A stretch of DNA of 64,000 nucleotides from NCBI GenBank assembly GCA_035221665.1, contig CM069162.1, positions 26,846,001-26,910,000 on the forward strand, in the 5' to 3' direction. The DNA comes from Okamejei kenojei (Eukaryota). The notes under the pieces are model-generated. The model had not been told where the DNA came from and ran no database searches. It saw only the letters and a program-made list of their open reading frames with translations. Made by a program: the position numbers and the translations under genes. This document shows, piece by piece, positions 60,651 through 64,000 of the stretch (position 1 is its first letter; every line of letters begins with the position of its first letter).

Positions 60651-63087
60651 AGTACTCGCCGAGCAGCCACCCAAAGATACAGTATCCAAATATTGTCATT
60701 TTTACCCCTTGATTACCAGCAACTTCAGTTTTACCATGGGATCCTTTATGCCTTCATCAAATGCTCCCTTGATGTCAAGAAAGCTCACATACATGAACAT
60801 TCATACCAATATCATCAGTGTTGTGCATATTTTTAAATGGTCCACATCCATACCTTGTTATGGTTTAGGTTTCCTAAAATGCAGGAATTCGTACTGTTGA
60901 AGAAAACCTAATGCCAGTAGTCCATATTGTTTAATGTTAAAACATGTGTTGTTCTGCATTGTATTTAATACCATTGATTCAGAGATTCATTTACTGCAGC
61001 TGATGAGTTTAATCAAGTTTATTGGCAATAATAATGTATTTAACAATAAGTATGCAAAAAAAAGGTAGTCAATTCAGAATAAATGGCACAAAATAGAACT
61101 GAATTACACATTGGGATTTAAATGTTCAGCCAGAAATACCAAGGCCAAGATTGATACCTGGCTTCTTGTTTGCACAGCAATAAGATTATTTGTTGAGAAT
61201 AGCAACCAACTGAATGTGGGAGTGCAAGAATGCTATTATGGAAATTATCATTCACCGTATGCCATTTTCAACAAACAATACAGCAGATCCTTGATAGTTG
61301 CATGCACGGTGCTCGCTAGTTACTTCCCGTTACTTGTATAAATAAGCAATTATACAAAATAAGAAGTTCCAGCTTTTTAAAGTCAATTACATTAATATTT
61401 TACACTATTTATGTTCAAAATGTAAACATAATCCAAGCCCCATCTTCTCATGGCCAGGAAATGTCTTGGAGGGAATGAGTCCCTCTCCTTTACTGCAGCG
61501 TTATAACTGATTCCACACTTTCATGAAATGGAAGAGTTATATGATTTCTACCAACGTTACTGTGTGGAAACCAGACCTCCAATTATAAAATGGCAAGTTG
61601 CTAAGCCACTTTCTTGGAGAGAGAGGTCACTTGGTATCACAACTATATGATTCCCAAAACCCCTCTGGCAATCCCTGGCTAAATTCTGGGACCATAATAT
61701 TGTTAACAGCATTCCAATTTAAATCAGTATTACACTCTACCCAATCTTGGGAGAAAATATATTTATCAAGGTAAAATTACAGAAGTTACAAAACTTATTG
61801 TTCAATGTTAGTACAACTTTTAAACAACCATGTTTCAGAAACTGATTTATATCACTCTTGCAGCAAGCTACAGGTAGATAAATCCCCATCAGCTGATTCT
61901 GACAAAGGGTCTCTATACATTTTTTTTATAGACATCTAACAGTTATACATAGAACAGTTCATACAGCGCTATTGGCTGCAGTACACCAATCTAGTTTTTA
62001 AACTTAGAGGTGCTGGTGTGGTGTACCATCACAAAAAACTAAGCACTGGTCTCAGATCCAAAATGTTGACTAATTCTCTTTACACATGTGCTGCCTAATG
62101 TACTGTTTTTTCCAGCATTTTCTGTTGTTAATGCTATTAATTGAATGTTGTGTAACTGAATCAATTACATTCAAGGGTGCAATTGGCCACATTCACACCT
62201 GCTAATAAAGCAACTTCAATATAAAGCAGCAAAAGCTCCTCGCCTCCTGAATATTTTGCATATACCGCAACCTCCTCCCACTACTTTCCAACCAGGATCC
62301 ATTGCACTCAAGATAGACACGAACATGCTGGAGTAACTTAGCAGTTCAGGCAGCATCTCTAGAGAAAATGGACAAGTGACGTTTCAGGTTGGGATCTTTC
62401 TTCAGACTGAAGATGGGTCCCGACCTGAAATGACATCTGTCCATTTTCTCCAGAGATTCTACCTGACCTACGTTATGTTGATGCTATGTTACTCCAGCAT
62501 TTTGTGTGTATGTTTGGTATAAACCAGGCTCTGTAGCTCCTTGTTATTACATTCCATTACACTGAAGATCCATTATCCACAAAGAAGGGTGTGTTAGTAA
62601 AGTATCTAAACTTAGAAAAATTACATAGTCTACAGCAGTCATGTTTGGTATCCCAAAGCCTTTTCATAAAGGAATGAGGCAAATCATCTTCAACCCTTTA
62701 ATCATTAATGCCAAGTATAACCACTGGCTCTAAACCTCAGAGAGACTTACAAGAGCTTTAATTTAATCAAATCTGTAATGCCCTGAAAGTAAGTTATTCA
62801 ATTGTGACCTAATAGCCACATTTGAATTCACCAGGATAAGAATTTTTCTTATGATTTTCCAATCTGCCATCTTCAACTCCAGATGCTATTGTGTCACAGA
62901 CAAGATTGCTTTTTTTGTGGATGGTCATTATTGTAATGTTACCATCTGGAAGACAAACAGAGGTCCGGGGCACCGATCACTGACAATTTGACCAAAGCAC
63001 ACACGCAACACTCAGAAGCACGTGGTTATTGAATCTAAGGCAGCAGATGTTTATACAAGTTTTCTTTTGGTAGCATATTAAACTAAG

Positions 63088-63206
63088 TTAATAGCCTGGG
63101 ACAGTAATCTTTGTCTCTGAGGAAGTAGAAGGTGGGCGGTGAGGCTCCTGCTCACCAATGGTCTGGTATGAAGTTCGATCTCGACTACGAGTTAAATCGG
63201 GAAAAC
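63088..63206 (-). CDS. AGTRAP: AGTRAP last coding exon; gene continues beyond the right edge
   Basis: GFPDLTRSRDRTSYQTIGEQEPHRPPSTSSETKITVPGY* resembles the human C-terminus (GFLGSSQDRSAYQTID...RGY); syntenic position. Confidence 0.88.
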
Positions 63207-64000
63207 CTGCATGGAACAATTCAGAGAAAAGTCATTTTTCATGTGTCTCACCCAGCCCTGCTCCCAGCAGAATAAAATGAAAATACCAAATACCCAGAAC
63301 CTCAACAAAGCTGGTATCAGCCATTGATTCATAAAATTAACAAAGCTTGTAACTCTGCATCTCTCCAGGGATGAATAGTAAAGCCATTTGTAACCTAAAC
63401 AAATTAAATAGAAATGTTGGCAAGGAAATACGTTATTTATTCGTCCATTCCTGCTTCCAGTTTTCTTTATTCATTTTTCCTTCTGCAGACACTATATCTG
63501 TTCTCAAATGTTATTTTTCTTCAATTGCAGCCTCCAGTAATACATTCTACAATCTCAGCTCTAAAATAATATTTTTTATTATTTTGTCCAAAATCTCTTA
63601 TCTATAGTCACTCATGGGAATTCTTCTGTTCTTAATAATTTTAAACATTTTTATAAATATCAGTAACAGATTACAAACCATTCTCAAGGCACTTCACAGA
63701 AATGTAATCATACATTAATTGATAACAAGTCAATAGAATTATCACGAAGAGCGAGTCAAAGGTGCAGGCAGACAGAGCATTAAGAATAGAATGTTTGACT
63801 CTGGGACTAAAAATGGAAACCAGTGCTACCAAGGTGGTGAAAGGAGGAGTACCCACAATAGTTAGAGGTCCATCAGATCATAAACAGAAGCACGAGGCAG
63901 CCAATGGCACCTGATGCCTGGTCTTCCATTCTGTCACTTATTTGCATTAATTCATATCCCTTCATTTCCTTGTTATTCCAAAACTATCAGATTTCATCTT

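Overview
Vertebrate genomic DNA. The repeat content (HE1/V-type SINEs, CR1/HER1, Rex1, Penelope-derived elements) points to a cartilaginous fish, probably a skate or ray (inference). The window keeps the gene order of human 1p36.22: CLCN6 exon 1 (- strand, 882-968) head-to-head with a complete MTHFR (+ strand, 11 coding exons, 5721-12020, 647 aa), then a long C1orf167-like gene (- strand, about 55400 to 17966, at least 21 coding or coding-like exons with Trp-periodic Sfi1-like repeats), then the last exon of AGTRAP (- strand, 63088-63206). Most notable: (1) a ~139-bp TSD-flanked retroposon in MTHFR intron 1, in sense orientation, whose first 54 nt fold into an HDV/CPEB3-like ribozyme, with a second degenerate copy at 60524; (2) a phase-compatible C1orf167 exon carrying three in-frame stops; (3) a Crypton/Eulor-like long hairpin element in the last MTHFR intron; (4) many Penelope-derived minimal hammerhead motifs, often as inverted pairs; (5) a 500-bp foldback element; (6) CLEAR/E-box motifs in the CLCN6/MTHFR bidirectional promoter; (7) Ser at the position of human MTHFR Ala222. 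All calls were made by eye, comparing with remembered human protein sequences; no searches were run.
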